From Lama guanicoe (lineage: Eukaryota), in assembly GCA_013239625.1 (NCBI GenBank), contig MU054001.1:4318167-4382166 (forward strand): DNA of 64,000 nt. Reading direction: 5' to 3'. Of the stretch, positions 14,680 through 28,734 are shown one piece after another. The notes beneath the pieces were generated by a model. The model did no database searches and was not told where the DNA came from. It saw nothing but the letters and a program-made list of their open reading frames with translations. Position 1 is the stretch's first letter; every line of letters starts with the position of its first letter. The position numbers and the translations under genes were made by a program.

Positions 14680-15585
14680 TCACAATCAACTATCACTACC
14701 CATATTAGAACAGCTAAAATAAAAAACACCGATAATACCAAATGCTGGCGAGGACACAGAGAAACCAGATCTCACATACATTGCTGGTAGGCATGTAATC
14801 TGATACAGCGACTCTAGAAGAGAGTTCAGCAGTTTCTTTTAAAACTAAACATGTACTTACCAATGACCCAGAACTCTGGGGCATTTATCCCCCCAGTATG
14901 AAAACTTATGTTCACATAAAAATGTGTACACGAATGTTTATAGCAGCTTTATTTGAAATAGCCAAAAACTATAAACTCTTCTGGAATGTACTTCAAGTGA
15001 ATCATTGTACATCCAAATTTTCGAACCATTGTACATCCAAATTTTCGAACAGTACTTAGCATTAAAAAGGAAGGAACTATTGAGACATGCAACAATTCGG
15101 ATAGATCTCAAAGGAATTAGGGTAAATGGAAAAAAGCCAAAGTAAAGTACTATATGATTCCATTTATATAACATTTTTAAAATGAAAAAAATTATAAACA
15201 TGGAGAACAGATAAGTGGTTGTTCATGGTTAAAGCTGAGGGTGTGTGTGTATGAAAATAAAAGGACAGCATGAGGGGTCTTTGAGGTGATGGCACAGTTT
15301 TATATCTTGATTGCGGTGGTGGTTACACAAATCTACACGGGTAAAAGTGCACAGAACTAAACACTCATATACTACACAAGTGAGTGCATGTAAGACTGGT
15401 GAAATTTGAATAAAGGCTATGGATTATAACAATATGTTAATTTCCTGGTATTGTAATTAAACTATAGTTATGTAAGATGTTATCACTGCATGAAACTAGG
15501 TGAAGGGAACATGGGATCTTTCTGTACTATTTTTTGCAACTTTCTGTGAATCTATATTCCAAAATGAAATGTTTAAAAAAAAATT
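14680..15585 (+). mobile_element. Old L1 3' region (L1MC/MD-like)
   Basis: CCAAATGCTGGCGAGGA, TATATGATTCCATTTATATAAC and GGGATCTTTCTGTACTATTTTTTGCAAC. Confidence 0.75.
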
Positions 15586-15630
15586 AGGGGCTAAGCATAA
15601 GAAGGTTAATATAACAAATACAAAAGGTTT

Positions 15631-15804
15631 TATAGCACAGGGAAATATATTCAATATCTTGTAGTAGCTCACGGTGGAAAATAAAATGAAAATGAATACA
15701 TGTATGTTCATGTATGCCTAAAGAATTGTGCCGTACATCAGAAATTGGACACAACATTGTAAACTGAGTATAACTCAATTTTTAAAAAATTAAAAAAAAA
15801 ATAC
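15631..15804 (+). mobile_element. Young lineage-specific L1 3' end
   Basis: TATAGCACAGGGAAATATATTCAATATCTTG...TTGTAAACTGA...A-tail; perfect 14-bp TSD AATACAAAAGGTTT (15617-15630 / 15805-15818). Confidence 0.85.
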
Positions 15805-18800
15805 AATACAAAAGGTTTAACATAGCATATATGGAACATGATAAACAGGCTCCATGAGCACTTTGATTTTATACAGCACTTTTAATTTAATAAATCACCT
15901 AATTCAAAAACACTGGTTTCTGCATACTATTCAAATTATTTCAACAGAAAGCATGACTTGAGCTAGAATTTCAGAGTTTAGTTACCAGATACCACATGAA
16001 GTCTCTTACGCTCATGGCAAGATTTTTTTCACATTCTGAAACTATTCAAGTCATTAAGGAGCCAGTGCACAATGAAAACGTCCCCACATTCAATTTTCCT
16101 ACCAAAATCTTTAGCTCAAACTTCCACAGGGCCCAAAGACCTAAGTATACAAAGATCTCTAATATCATCAAGTAACTTAAAGGATGTATCACCTGCTGTC
16201 TGGGTTTAAATTAATAAAAAGTCGAGCTCAATGCCATCCTCAATCTCAACAAAGATACTCTTAGGAAAAAAATAATTTCATGTCATGGTTAAAATCAATT
16301 TAAAGCCTTTTTGGTGTTCTGTAGCAGCTGTCAAGTATTCTGAGGGTTAGCAAGAACATTTTACCGGCTGTCCTTTGAATTCCTGAAGCAGGCTGAGCTG
16401 TCCAGCCAGCTCTGCAGTTAAGAGCCCAAAGAGGAGTCTCAGACCAGCTGCTGGGAACTGGACCCTAATTCTTCAGCTAAGCATCTTCTTCGGCCCATAG
16501 CCCCGTCAAGATTACTCCATACCTATGCGTGTTCAAGTGATTAATACACACAGCCGCCAATGCAGTGGGTGTGATCCTGAAATAGTTTCCTCCACTAAAT
16601 GTTACTCTAAAGGATTCCATAGAAGGAAAAATAGAAAGCTGAGTAAAATCATACAACAGCTTGCTTTTCTATTTCCCATAGAAAAGTGGCTTAACTTTTT
16701 CTCCGTTTCAGCAGGTACAAGAATACCTAACCATGACTATCTGATCAGTCCAGTGTCAGTAAGGGAGCCCTTGAATTTTCTTCCCCTGGACCCTTCTGGA
16801 TTCTTAACGCTAGAATTTACCGGTAGGGGTTTCATGGAGGAAGTTGTGACACAAGGCCATCCATCACACCAGGTCCAGAACTGTTCTAATACACACTCCC
16901 TCCCCCTCCCTACCTTAGACTTTTCTAGTATCCCTTTCCCATGCTTCCTTTCCTGAAAAAACTAAATCTGCTGTGTGAACCCAGGGTAGACTCCAAAAAG
17001 CTCTAGGCATTGTTTCCTTTTGCCTTTCAATGCCTAAAAACTTAATAGGTGTTGAAAAAAATTCCGCACTAAAATGCCAATGATTCTGACAGTGACAGTG
17101 TTCACTGCCACAGATTTTAGAGAGATGAGTCGTGGCATGGAAACAGCTTAGTTGAACACAGTACACTAGATTTTGGGAAATTCTCAATTATGAATTACAC
17201 TGTTAGTGTAGAATCTACACTGCAGGAAACCTAATGTCTTCTCGAAAGCAAATTCCAACACCTCAATGCAGTAAAATTCAATAACCTGAAGGTCCTAGTT
17301 CACTAAAGAATTAGTGTGGACTACATTTGCAAATGCATAGAAATTATATTTAGTAAACCCCTGGAATAAGGCCTCTAAATTCTTTCACATTAATCTGCCT
17401 GATCGCTTTGGAGCCCAGCACTGACACCAATCCCACTGATCATATTGTGTAGAAATAGGCAGAAGGAGGCCATAATGCCAGCGCTGAAGAACAGGGTCAG
17501 CATCTCAGACGTACTGGGATACAGTATACAACATACATAAGGAAGGACACCGCCTCGCTGCAGCAAAGACAACTCTATCTCAGCCCCAAATTTCAACTCA
17601 CCGTGAGACAGTTCTATCTAAACATCACCAAACCTTTTACTCCAAACCAACAGTCCTAACCCTTATTTTCAAAAATAACACCAACATTTCCCCAGTCACT
17701 CAAATTCAAAGCTGTAGAGTGATTATTAAAAGCATGAAGGGAGTCAGAATCCTTTAAATCCTTACCTTGTAGTACCTGTCACATTCAGTCTTTTCCATTT
17801 CTATCCCCATCATCCCAGTTCAAGGATTATTCCTTAAACCCAAGTTTCTCAGCAGGGACTTCTTGATGTCCCACTGCCAAATTCAAACTCCAAAGCATTA
17901 TTTTGAACAAGTCATCCAAGCCTTGAAAAAAAAAAATCTACAGATTTCGCAGTGCAGCCAACACAAGCCTGTCCTCATGAGCTTGGATAAGCACCAAGCA
18001 CTTCGACGAGAAGTTTCTGGACATTACGGCTCAGGACCAAGGATTCTGAATCTCCAGAAGTTTCCCATATTTGCTGCTTTTTGTCATCTCTTCTTTCCCC
18101 ATGGTGATCAAATCTTTGAAAAGAAAAGGCCTTATAGCTCGTTTTCATGGAGCAGGTGGACTACTTCCTACACCACAGCCAGGCCTTGAAGGGGAAGGAA
18201 TCCCAAGAAATAGAACAAGTGAAAGCAACTTTAAAAAGATAAAAAGGAAAGCACACAAACTCCCTGGCTCTGTGACTACGTGGGGAAGAAGGCTGAGATG
18301 GTAAGCCCAGGTGAGTTTTAATCATGAAAGAGGACCATGAAGACATCAGGACGAAATCCAAATATCTTACTCTACACTTAAGAAATGTCCATCTTATCTC
18401 AATTTAAAAAAAAATTATTTCATTTTAACTAGTTATCTAATGGGTAGGGGAAAATATATACATAAAAGGAAAATTAAACATAAGCAAGCTATACCAAGAG
18501 CATGAAACAAGGACTACAAGATTTCAGAGGAGGAACCTGAAAAAGCAGGAAAGTAGGCAACTAAGTCAGGATTTTGAACTGTATCTTGGAGTGTTCAGGC
18601 AGTAAGTGAACCAGTCTGGCCAAAGCAGAGAACACAGAGAGATCAAAGATGTGAGATGGAGTGTATATGTGGCACAGTTCTAGTCCACTGTTCATATGCC
18701 TTTTCTTCCTCTCTCTGTCTCGACAGTCATGTCAGTTCAGAGGCCAGGGACCACCATAATTTGTTAACCTATTAGCTCAATGTCAATCTCATCCCAAGAA

Positions 18801-20988
18801 CTCAGAATAGTCTTACTCTGTCTAATCTCAGAATAGCATAACATTGAGGTGCGCTCTGAATTCAGGTTTTTTTTGAATACTTGTATTAAAAACAGCAAAA
18901 CTTTCATAAAAGTCAAGAAATAAGGATCCATCAGTCAAAACAAGAATTTTTAAGCACCCAGACACACTTAATAAAATAAAAAAGTCTGTAACTGCTGACA
19001 TCCTTTAAAGGAGGAGGCAAAAGAATGGAAAGTCTGATGAAGTGATAAGCAGTTTTAAAACAGGTTTACAGTCAGTTTTTAAAACAGTAATCCCTCTGGG
19101 AAATGAAAATTCCTCCCTTTAATCCCTTTGAGGTCAATATAATATTTGAATCAGGAACAAGACTACCTAAGTTGAAATGCGAACCTTTTACAGTATCCTC
19201 CACATTAAATACCAAGTAGAGGAGAGAATTTCTAACCTATCAAAAAGAGAGGCAGCCAGTATTTTGGATTTATAATCTATCTTTGCTAAACATATATGCA
19301 GAAGCTTCGGGGAAACGAAACTAGGGAACTTCAAGGTTTTAGTTGGCAGTGATTACTTCACTGGAGCTTATTCCTGTGAAATGAAACTACCAGAACCCCT
19401 CAATATCAATTTGTTTGTCACTAAACCACAGGTTTATGCTTTATCTTGGAAATGCTAACAGGGTGGAACTATGAGCCTTTTATTAAAACGAGATGACCAT
19501 GGAGAGCGCCCTTGAAGCTTAGCAACAGAGGACTCAACCCCAAAAGGTTCCCTTCTGGAAAGTAAGGACAGGTTTGATATGTACCCCAGGGCCAATACTA
19601 AAATGCTTGACTATATTTTCCATAAAAGGTGGAAGTTGTAATAGTAGCATATAGCAGACACCAGCCCACTAGAAGCAGATGGAACCCACCAACTCATTTT
19701 ACCCAAACCTTCAAAAAGGTACACAGAACTGTCTCTGCTTGCCAAAGCAGGGCAAATCTGAATGGGTGGATCTAAGAAAAGGTTTTGCCAGGGATTACTA
19801 ATGGCAATTTTTTTTGCCTAAGATAGCCCCCAATGTAAAACAGGATTAAAAAATGAAAGGCAATTTTAAAGCTCACTCTCCATATTCAAGCTAAACACAC
19901 ACACAAACAAGGCCTCAAAGCTTTATTTTACCAAAAACAAAACAAACAAACAAACAAAAACCAACAACTCTGTAACGATTCCAGCACAAGGCTCTTCCAG
20001 AAGGGAAATCTGGCTGGAAACATTCCCTGCTTATGTACATAATTCACCAGGGGTCAGGTAAGATTCCATTTTGTAACAGCTGAACTTTAAACAGAAAGTC
20101 ATTAGTGGGGCAACATTCACTCATTAGCATAAAGTTACCCCCTAGAAAGAAAAGCATTGCCTGTCTCTGCCAGATGACAACTTTACAGTGAGAAACTAGG
20201 GCCAAGGACCATGAACTCCTAGAAAGTTCTATCCGCCTCAGAAGAAGAGCTCACCATCTCCACCAGCCTAAACTTAACTGTCTCCACATTCTTCACTCCC
20301 CACAGAGGAAGGCATCGATAACAGGGAATTTTAAAAAATAAGAAATAAAAAGAAGAGCCAAACGGTCAATAGCAGGCAAAGCTTTTCAGGGCTGACATGA
20401 TTCCTGTTTGGGATTGGGGGAGGGGGAGGAGCTTTTCTGGATGTTTCTATTCTTGGCAAGGAAAGCACCTCCAGGTCCTGTACCGTCAAAAGGCACTAAC
20501 CTAGGAATGTTCTCAGGGAATGAATGATTTGCCTGTGCTAAGCGACTTCATTTTGGGGTGTGATGATGGGAAGCAAGGTGGGGAGGGCTAGAGAGCTGAA
20601 GGGGGGTGTAGGGGGAAGATGTGTTTGACCGGGGAATGGGAGGAACGAGTGGATGGATAAGAGGGGTCCAGGAAAGATGCAGACGGTTAAGAGGGAGGAT
20701 GTGGATGACTAAGGGAGGTGAAGGGAAGCTGTGGATGGCCTACGGGATGTCCAGAAAAGGCGTGGAGCTGAGGGGGAGGGGGGTAAGGTGTGGACCGCCA
20801 AGGAAGATTGGGGGAAGGTGTGGATGGTGGAGGGATGGAAGGATGGCCATCAGTCCCCTGAGGACCAACAACGAAGGGAGGCCAGGGGCTGGCCTCACCC
20901 AGGCTCCCCCCAAATTCCCCTTCTGTGGGCGTGTGCTCGGCTGCGCGTGTGCAAGGGCCAGGCCACCAGGCCGCAGGGCCACCACTCA

Positions 20989-21684
<696 letters not shown>

Positions 21685-21706
21685 TTAGGCGCACGCCCGG
21701 CCTCGA

Positions 21707-21733
21707 CTGCTGCTGCTGCTGCTGCTGCTGCTG

Positions 21734-21773
<40 letters not shown>
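21707..21773 (-). repeat. Interrupted trinucleotide repeat (CAG)12 CA (CAG)9 in the TENT4B 5' leader
   Basis: Plus strand reads (CTG)9 TG (CTG)12 CT. Confidence 0.97.
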
Positions 21774-23919
21774 ACCGCCGCTCAGGGCCCGCCTCGGGCG
21801 GCGCGGGGGCGCAGGGAGCCCGGCCGGCGCCGGCGGCGTCGCACCCGCCCTCGGGGGCTCCGCGGGCCCTCCCCCCTCCCTCCGCCCCTCTGCCGAGCCC
21901 CTGTCACCGGGGTCCCCGTGCAAATGGCGGCGGCAGCGGAGGCTCGGGAGAAGGGCGAGTGTCGGAGGCCGCGCCGTGCGTCACAGAGGCCGCGGCGCGG
22001 CACGGCGTGGCCTGCAACTGCCTGGCCCAACCGTCCCCGCGCCGGCTACGGAGGGCGTCGCACGTACCTGGGCGTCCCAGCACCCTTGAGGCGCGTGCCG
22101 CCGCCGTTCTTAGTTTCCCGGTCCCTAGACTGGTGAGACCAGACGGAGGTCGCCACCAGCTCTCCGAGGAATGGATTGTGGGAGGTGCCGCCCCGCCCAC
22201 TGTCCCCTCCCCCACTACGCACCCAGAGGACCTCCCCCGTCGGCTCCTCTGACCCCTCCCGAAATCTCCTCTCTAAGCACCGTTCCAGAGGGGAGAAAAT
22301 AGGCCCCCTCCCAACCCGAGCACGTGCCCTGGACCCTGCCAGGACTCAGGCTTCGCTGGTTCCTCTGCTGCCGGGCCGCCCCGCTACTTGCAGCACCGGC
22401 CCTGCCGCACCCTGGCCAATGTTGGGAGCCGCAAGTTTTGGTGGAGGGTACCCCCACCCTACCCCGAGACTAGTGAAACCTGCGTCCACCTGGCTGGAAG
22501 CGCTTCTTCGTAAAGTGTGTAAGCCATGGGCTCAAAACCACCATCACATACCCCAAACCCACTTTACACAGGCAGGCACACAGAAACATGCACCAATACA
22601 CAGACACTCACGGAGACAGGCACCCTAGCTACTCAGCGTGTAATGAAACCTCATTTCCCCTAAGGTTCACCAGCAACCATGAAAAACCCTTCCTAGTTCA
22701 GAATTAAAGAAAATCCCAAACCTTTTAAGCCTAATAGGAGGATCGTATTTTTGGCATCAGTAGTGATTTAAGACAAGGTGATTATTTGCACATCTTCACA
22801 AACCCTGTGGTAAAAAGACAAGGAAAATGTAACTAAGTATTTTAAATCATCAAGAGAAAAAAGGAAAATAAGTGAGCACATTTCATATGTGTCCTGTAAG
22901 ATTGGTCCAAAGTCCAGATCGAGTTCCTAACGTCCGATTTTGGCCTATTTTAAGAGCTCAATATCCTGGAAAGGTTTTTTTGGCAAAGATGAAAAATTAC
23001 CAAATTACCAAGCATTGCTCTACCTTTTTTCTTGCTGAGAGAATAACATGAACATAAATATGAAAAATACACAAAAAAAACCCTAAAGAATTTTGGTTCA
23101 TTCTGTTTGTTATTGCTTTACTATAAATCAGTATTGAAAATTTTCTCAGAATGAAATTTGCTATGTACTGAGAATTACATAGCCAGGAAAATGAGTAGTG
23201 ATTTTTTTATGCTATTCTCATTGGCAAATTAAACAAAAAGCTTTATATAGAAATAGGTTTCTTTTCAAGACTTCAGATTTGTTTTAAAACTTCAAATGAG
23301 AAAAATGCAAAGCTGAAAAAAGTAAACATTGTCAAGTTCCCACCATCTAGAAAGTTATTACTATGAAGACTTTGTTAAACACTCTTCAGAAAAATTACTC
23401 CACGCATAAGTACGTGTCAAGATAGTCCTTATTTTTACTTATTTATTTTAAATCTCACTCAGTCTTTAAAAATATTTTTTCAAATGTCCAAGAACCCATT
23501 AACTGCCAGTGGTGTCTAAGACCAAAAAAAAGTATTCAAAATTGGCAGTACTACATATCAGAAATTAATATTTGTTATATTTGAGTGCTTGTTTCTTTAG
23601 GCAAAACTTAAGAACTAGTAAAGTATTAGCAAAATGATAAAACGAATTAATATACATAAAAGTACTCTGTAAACTGTGGGCTGAAAGGCAAGACATTACT
23701 GTTCTTGTTCACCTGCAGGCAATCCTGGTTAGCTCTGTAACGCATCCATGTTTCAAGGCATTCATTCAGTAAATCTTGGTTAAATGTCTATCATCCTTGC
23801 AGAACTGAGCTAATTGCTCTGGAGGAGATAAATAAGCAACCAGGGCCTTTGGCTGCCTTCCAAGAATTCACTGTCTGGTTAGGGAAGCAAAAAAGGTAAA
23901 TATTTAAAGTCAAATTACT

Positions 23920-24290
23920 ATTCATTCATTTAATTCAACAAATACGTCTTGAGCAACTACTATGTACCAGAATCTGGGGATACAGCAATGAATACTGATG
24001 AGGTACCTGCCTTTGTGAAGCTTACATTGTAGTGAGTAAGGCAAGCATATAAGATGATCAGACAGTGGTTAAGTGCTATGAAGAGAGAGAAAGCAAACTA
24101 AAAGGATAGTGACAGTGTGCTATTTTTAGATGGGCTAATCAGGGAAGGCTGCTCTGAGGAAGTGATATTTGAGCAGGGACTTAAGTGAGGGAATGGACCA
24201 TAACCATCTAGGGAATGATCCATCAGATAGAGAGAATAGCAAGTGTAAAGGCCCTGAGGCAGGAATATACTTTGTGTGCAGGATGATAAG
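23920..24290 (-). mobile_element. L2 3' end
   Basis: ATTCATTCATTTAATTCAACAAATA...CTACTATGTACCAG...CAGGGAAGGCT...AAAGGCCCTGAGGCAGGAA. Confidence 0.75.
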
Positions 24291-25496
24291 GCAATGTAAT
24301 TGAGTGTTGTATGTGTTCCATGGTATAGAATCCTAAACTATCTCTGCTGGAAGTTTCCTCAAAAATCATCTAGTCTAAAGTAAAACAGTAGGGAATTTTA
24401 AATGCACAAAAATATATTTGCTTTCTCCAACAAATCTGCAATGTTCTGTCTCAAAGTAATCTACTGCATCCAAAGAGAAAGACTACACTAATTTCAATAG
24501 TATATTTTGATTACTCAACCTTTTCATTTTGCTATTTAGAGCCTTCCATTTTGCTATTTAGAACATTACATTCTTTAAAACCACCTTCATTAAATTGATG
24601 AGCAAAAAAACACAGCCATCAAAAACCCAGACATTTTCCTGCCTAATCTAATGTCCTATTCATTCTCAGTATTCTTGTTCTTAGGGAGGAAAATACTGAG
24701 TTGATGGTCTCAACTTGCAAGATTTACTGAAACACCAAGATTCTGTAGAGTAAAAATTGAGTAGAGAAATGAAAAGCAAGTTACCTAAGAATCAGGCAAA
24801 TTTAAATATGATTGTGTTGATTTATTAACTTGAAAAAAACAGAAAGGGAAATGCATATACATACTTACTACATGGTGTTATTAGTAATTGTCATTATAAT
24901 TAAATTTTAGACAGTGTGTGATTATATTACTCCACTCCAGAGTTAACAAAACCATGAATAATAGTCACATAGTTATAGTTGTTAGTATTTTTCTGTGTTT
25001 AGGAAATGAAGTATTTGCACCAGGTATTAATAATCTTGAATTTAGGCACAATTTACTGCTTTCCCTTTTTTGCACAAAATATACACCATCGTATCGTGTT
25101 TTCTTCCTCCTTCGTGAGTACAAAGAGGATTCCAATTAGGGAAATAATTTTCAATGAGACTTCAAAATAATAGGCAGTGTGGAAGCCTGTATTTTGTTCT
25201 GAACAGCGAAAATTTCTTCCATTCCACTGTTTTAGAAAAAAATTTCTCAAATTGTCTGCATTCTGGGATCTTTGGAGTCAGAGTGTCTACGTGTGTCTGC
25301 GTGTGTATGTACATGCCTGTGTGTATGTAAGAGCTTTATAGTATAATTCCTATACTATAAAATTCACTCATTTTAAGTGTACAATTTAATGATTTTTACT
25401 AAATTTACAGAGTTGTGCAACTGTCATCACAATCAATTTTGGATTATTTCCAACCCTAAAAAGATCTCTAGGGCCTATTTGGAGTCAATCCCTTTT

Positions 25497-25531
25497 CCCA
25501 GCCCCAGCCCCAGCCCCAGCCCCAGCCCCAG
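25497..25531. repeat. (CCCAGC/GGGGCT)n hexamer repeat, about 6 units, inside an L1 fragment
   Basis: CCCAGCCCCAGCCCCAGCCCCAGCCCCAGCCCCAG seen directly. Confidence 0.9.
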
Positions 25532-26090
25532 GCAACTACGAATATACTTTCTATCTCTGTAGATTTGCCTTTCTGGATAGTCTGTGTTTTGAGTGGTGTT
25601 TCCATAGAATTTGACTACGGTAGCTGCCAAAGCCCTCACAAAGAATTGCTTGCCTAGCCTAATGGACAATGGGGGAATAAAAACACTGCCCAAAAGGGCA
25701 TTTTCTCATAATTTTTGACCAATCTGTAAAAAAATCCAGACATTTTTCAGATTCAAGTTTCCACGAGGCTATTAAGGCAACTCCTCTCCCATTCAGAAGG
25801 GAAGTAGCATCCTCATCCATGAGCAGGCAAAGCAGGTGATGATGGTCCCCAGGCAACCACTCTCTGGAGATAAAGCCCAGAAAGAAACTCAGCCAAGATC
25901 CAATATTCAAATAACTCTGCATTTTACCACTTTTTTTTTAACTGATCACTGCAGGGCAGTCTGTGGATGAGGGAGAAGACCCCAGGTAAGGTGATCCTGC
26001 CTAAGATGGTGCTCACCCCCAACTGCTTTTGTCACCTGTCATTGAATGGCCCAAGCAGAGAACTTCCATTTCTAAAGACAAAGCCTTAGA

Positions 26091-26240
26091 GGGGAGGGTA
26101 TAGCTCAGCAGTAGAGCACATGCTTAGCATGCATGAGGACCTGGATTCAATTCCCGGTCGTCCATTAAATAAGTAAATAAGTCTAATTACCTCCCCTCTA
26201 AAAAAAGAAAGAAAGAAAAGAAAGCAACAAAAGCAACAAA
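26091..26240 (+). mobile_element. tRNA-derived SINE (Vic-1-like)
   Basis: GGGGAGGGTATAGCTCAGCAGTAGAGCACATGCTTAGCATGCATGAGG...GATTCAATTCCC...CTAATTACCTCCCC plus an A-rich tail. Confidence 0.88.
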
Positions 26241-26344
26241 GACTCTTCCTAAAATTCAAAGGCTCACTCTAGAACATTCTCTTTCTAGAACCTACATAAC
26301 TTAAAATGCAGTCCAGAACTTCTCCTCGAAGCATAGGTAACTGG

Positions 26345-26869
26345 TATGATGGCTAATTTTATGTATCAACTTGACTGACCATGGAGTGCCCAGATTAAGC
26401 ATTTCTGCTGGGTGTGTCTGTGAGGATGCTTCGGATAAGCTCAGCAAACATTTGATTTTAATCAGTGGACTCGGTAGATTGCCCTCCCCAGTGTGGGTGG
26501 GACTTATCCTATGGGTTAAGGGCCTGAATAGAACAAAAAGCAGAGGAAGGAGGAATTCCTTTTTTCATCCCTTGCTGATTGAGCTGAGACATCTCATCTT
26601 TTCCATCCCTTGGTCTGGGATTTACGCCATTGGCATCCCTGGTTGCCAAGCATTCAGACTTGGACTAAATTATACCACTGGTTTTCCTTGGTCTCCAGCT
26701 TGCAGACAGCAGATCATGGGGAACATCTCAGTCTTTACAATAGCATAAGCCAATTCCTCATAATAAATCTCCATATCTGGTTGTATATGATACATACAGT
26801 AAGTCCAAATAATAGATAACTATACACATCTTCCTGGTTCTGTTTCTCTGGAGGACCCTGGCTGATACA
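26345..26869 (+). mobile_element. MLT2-type (ERVL) LTR
   Basis: Begins TATGATGGCTAATTTTATGTATCAACTTGACTG; ends TGGTTCTGTTTCTCTGGAGGACCCTGGCTGATACA. Confidence 0.8.
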
Positions 26870-28734
26870 GAAGATTGATGCTGAGAAGTTAAGCGTGCTG
26901 CAGTAACAAAAAATACCAAAAAATGTGGAAGCAGCTTTGAAACTGGGAAATGGATAGACACTGGAGGATTTTGGAGATGCATGCTAGAAAAAACCTGCAC
27001 CAGCACAAATGGCCCTTTGAAGGTCATTCTGGTGACAGCTCAAAGTAAAGAGGAGATCTGTAGAGAAAGTCTGTCTTCTTTGGGAATACCCAAGAAGTCA
27101 TGAACAGTATGTTGGTAGAAATACAGATGGTAAAGGACATTCTGCTGACGTCTCAGACACAAATGAAGAGCATGTTATTGGAAACTGGAGGAAAGGCCAT
27201 CCTTGTTTTTGTGGCTGAGAATGTGGCTGAATTGTGTTTGTGTTCCAGTGTTTTGTGAAAGGTAAAACTTGCAAGTGATGAAATTGGATATTTAACTGAA
27301 GCAATTTCTAAAAAAAGTGTTGAAGGTGTGGCTTGGCTCCTCCTGGCTGCTTATAGTAAAATTCAAGAAGAGAGAAATGACTTAAAGACAGAATTGTTAT
27401 GCAAAAAAGGAAATAGAACGTAGTGATTTGGGAAATTCTCAGCCTATGCATATTGCAAAAAAAGAGAGAGAGGGAGAGAACACTAATGTTATGGCCAAGC
27501 AACCATTTGGGTCATTGGGAAATGACTGGTTGTGAACCACTAATCAGCCACTTCAGGAGGAAAACTGCTGGTCTGAACTGAAGGAGAATGAAATGGGAAG
27601 GAATGAAGGAAGGCTGTCAGACTTCATGGATTGTACAGGATGAGACCATATGAGATCATGTGCTATTATATTCTTTGAGACAAGGAAAGAGTGACCTCAG
27701 AAGAGATTCAGAGATCATCAGGGCTGCCTCCTTGGTTTCAGAAAAGGGGACCATTGCCTTGCTTCCAACAGGCCAGACAGCCTCTGCCCAGACCAGGGAG
27801 GGGCAGGGCTGCCCAGAGTTGTGGGGATGGGACTTTGTGCCAGAGCCCTGGAGGCTGACTCCTACCTATTAGAGCTACAGAGGCAGTATGGTCACCCCAG
27901 TGGAGGTGGGACCACTGCCCCAGTGGGTCAGAAAGGTGAGATTTCTGCCCACGTAGACCTGGAGGGGAGAGCATGGAGCCAAAGAGGGTTACTCCGGAGC
28001 CTTAAAAGCTTATGGAGTTTGCCTTGCTAGATTCTGGACTTGCTTGGAATCCATCACCCCTGCCTTCTTCCCTATTTCTACCTTTTAGAATGGGAATGTC
28101 TGTTCTATGCTTGTCCGATCATCGTATTTTAGAAGCACATAATTTGGTTTCACAGGTTCATAACTGGAAAGGAATTAACCTCAGGATGAATCATACCTAG
28201 AGTCCCACCCATACCTGATCTGGATGATATTTAGATGAGACTTTGGACTTCAGAGTTGATGCTGGAATGAGTTTAAGACCTTTGAGACTTGGGGGATGGA
28301 ATCAATGTATTGTGCATGTGAGAGGACATGAATTTGGGGGAATCCAGGGACAGGATATTATGGACTGAATGTTTATGTCTTCCCAAAATTCCTATGTTGA
28401 AACCCTACTCCTGGATGTGATGGTATAGGAGTAGGGGGACCTTTGGGTATAGGATTAGGATTAGATGAGGTCATGAGGGTGGAGCCCTGATGAATGGGAT
28501 TGGTGCCCTTATAAGAGGCATAGGAGAACTTGCATCCTCTCTCTGCTCTCCACCACTTGAGGATACATAGAGAAATTGGTAGTCAGCAACCTGGAAGAGG
28601 GTCCTCACCGGAACCTGACCGTGCTGGAACCCTGATCTTAGGCTTCCAGCCTCCAGAAGTGTGAGAAAGAAATTTCTATTGCTTATAAGCCACCCTGTGG
28701 TATTCTGTTATAGCAGCCTGGACTGACTAAGGCA
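26870..28734 (+). mobile_element. MaLR internal region followed by an MLT1A-type LTR (about 28355-28734)
   Basis: AAAAATGTGGAAGCAGCTTTGAAACTGGG and GTTATTGGAAACTGGAGGAAAGGCCATCCTTG (MaLR-int); LTR TATGGACTGAATGTTTATGTC...CTTCCAGCCTCCAGAA...ATAGCAGCCTGGACTGACTAAGGCA. Confidence 0.8.

Noticed and set aside
17205..17221. Inverted repeat AGTGTAGA-A-TCTACACT
   Set aside because: An 8-bp stem is expected by chance in 64 kb and has no supporting context.
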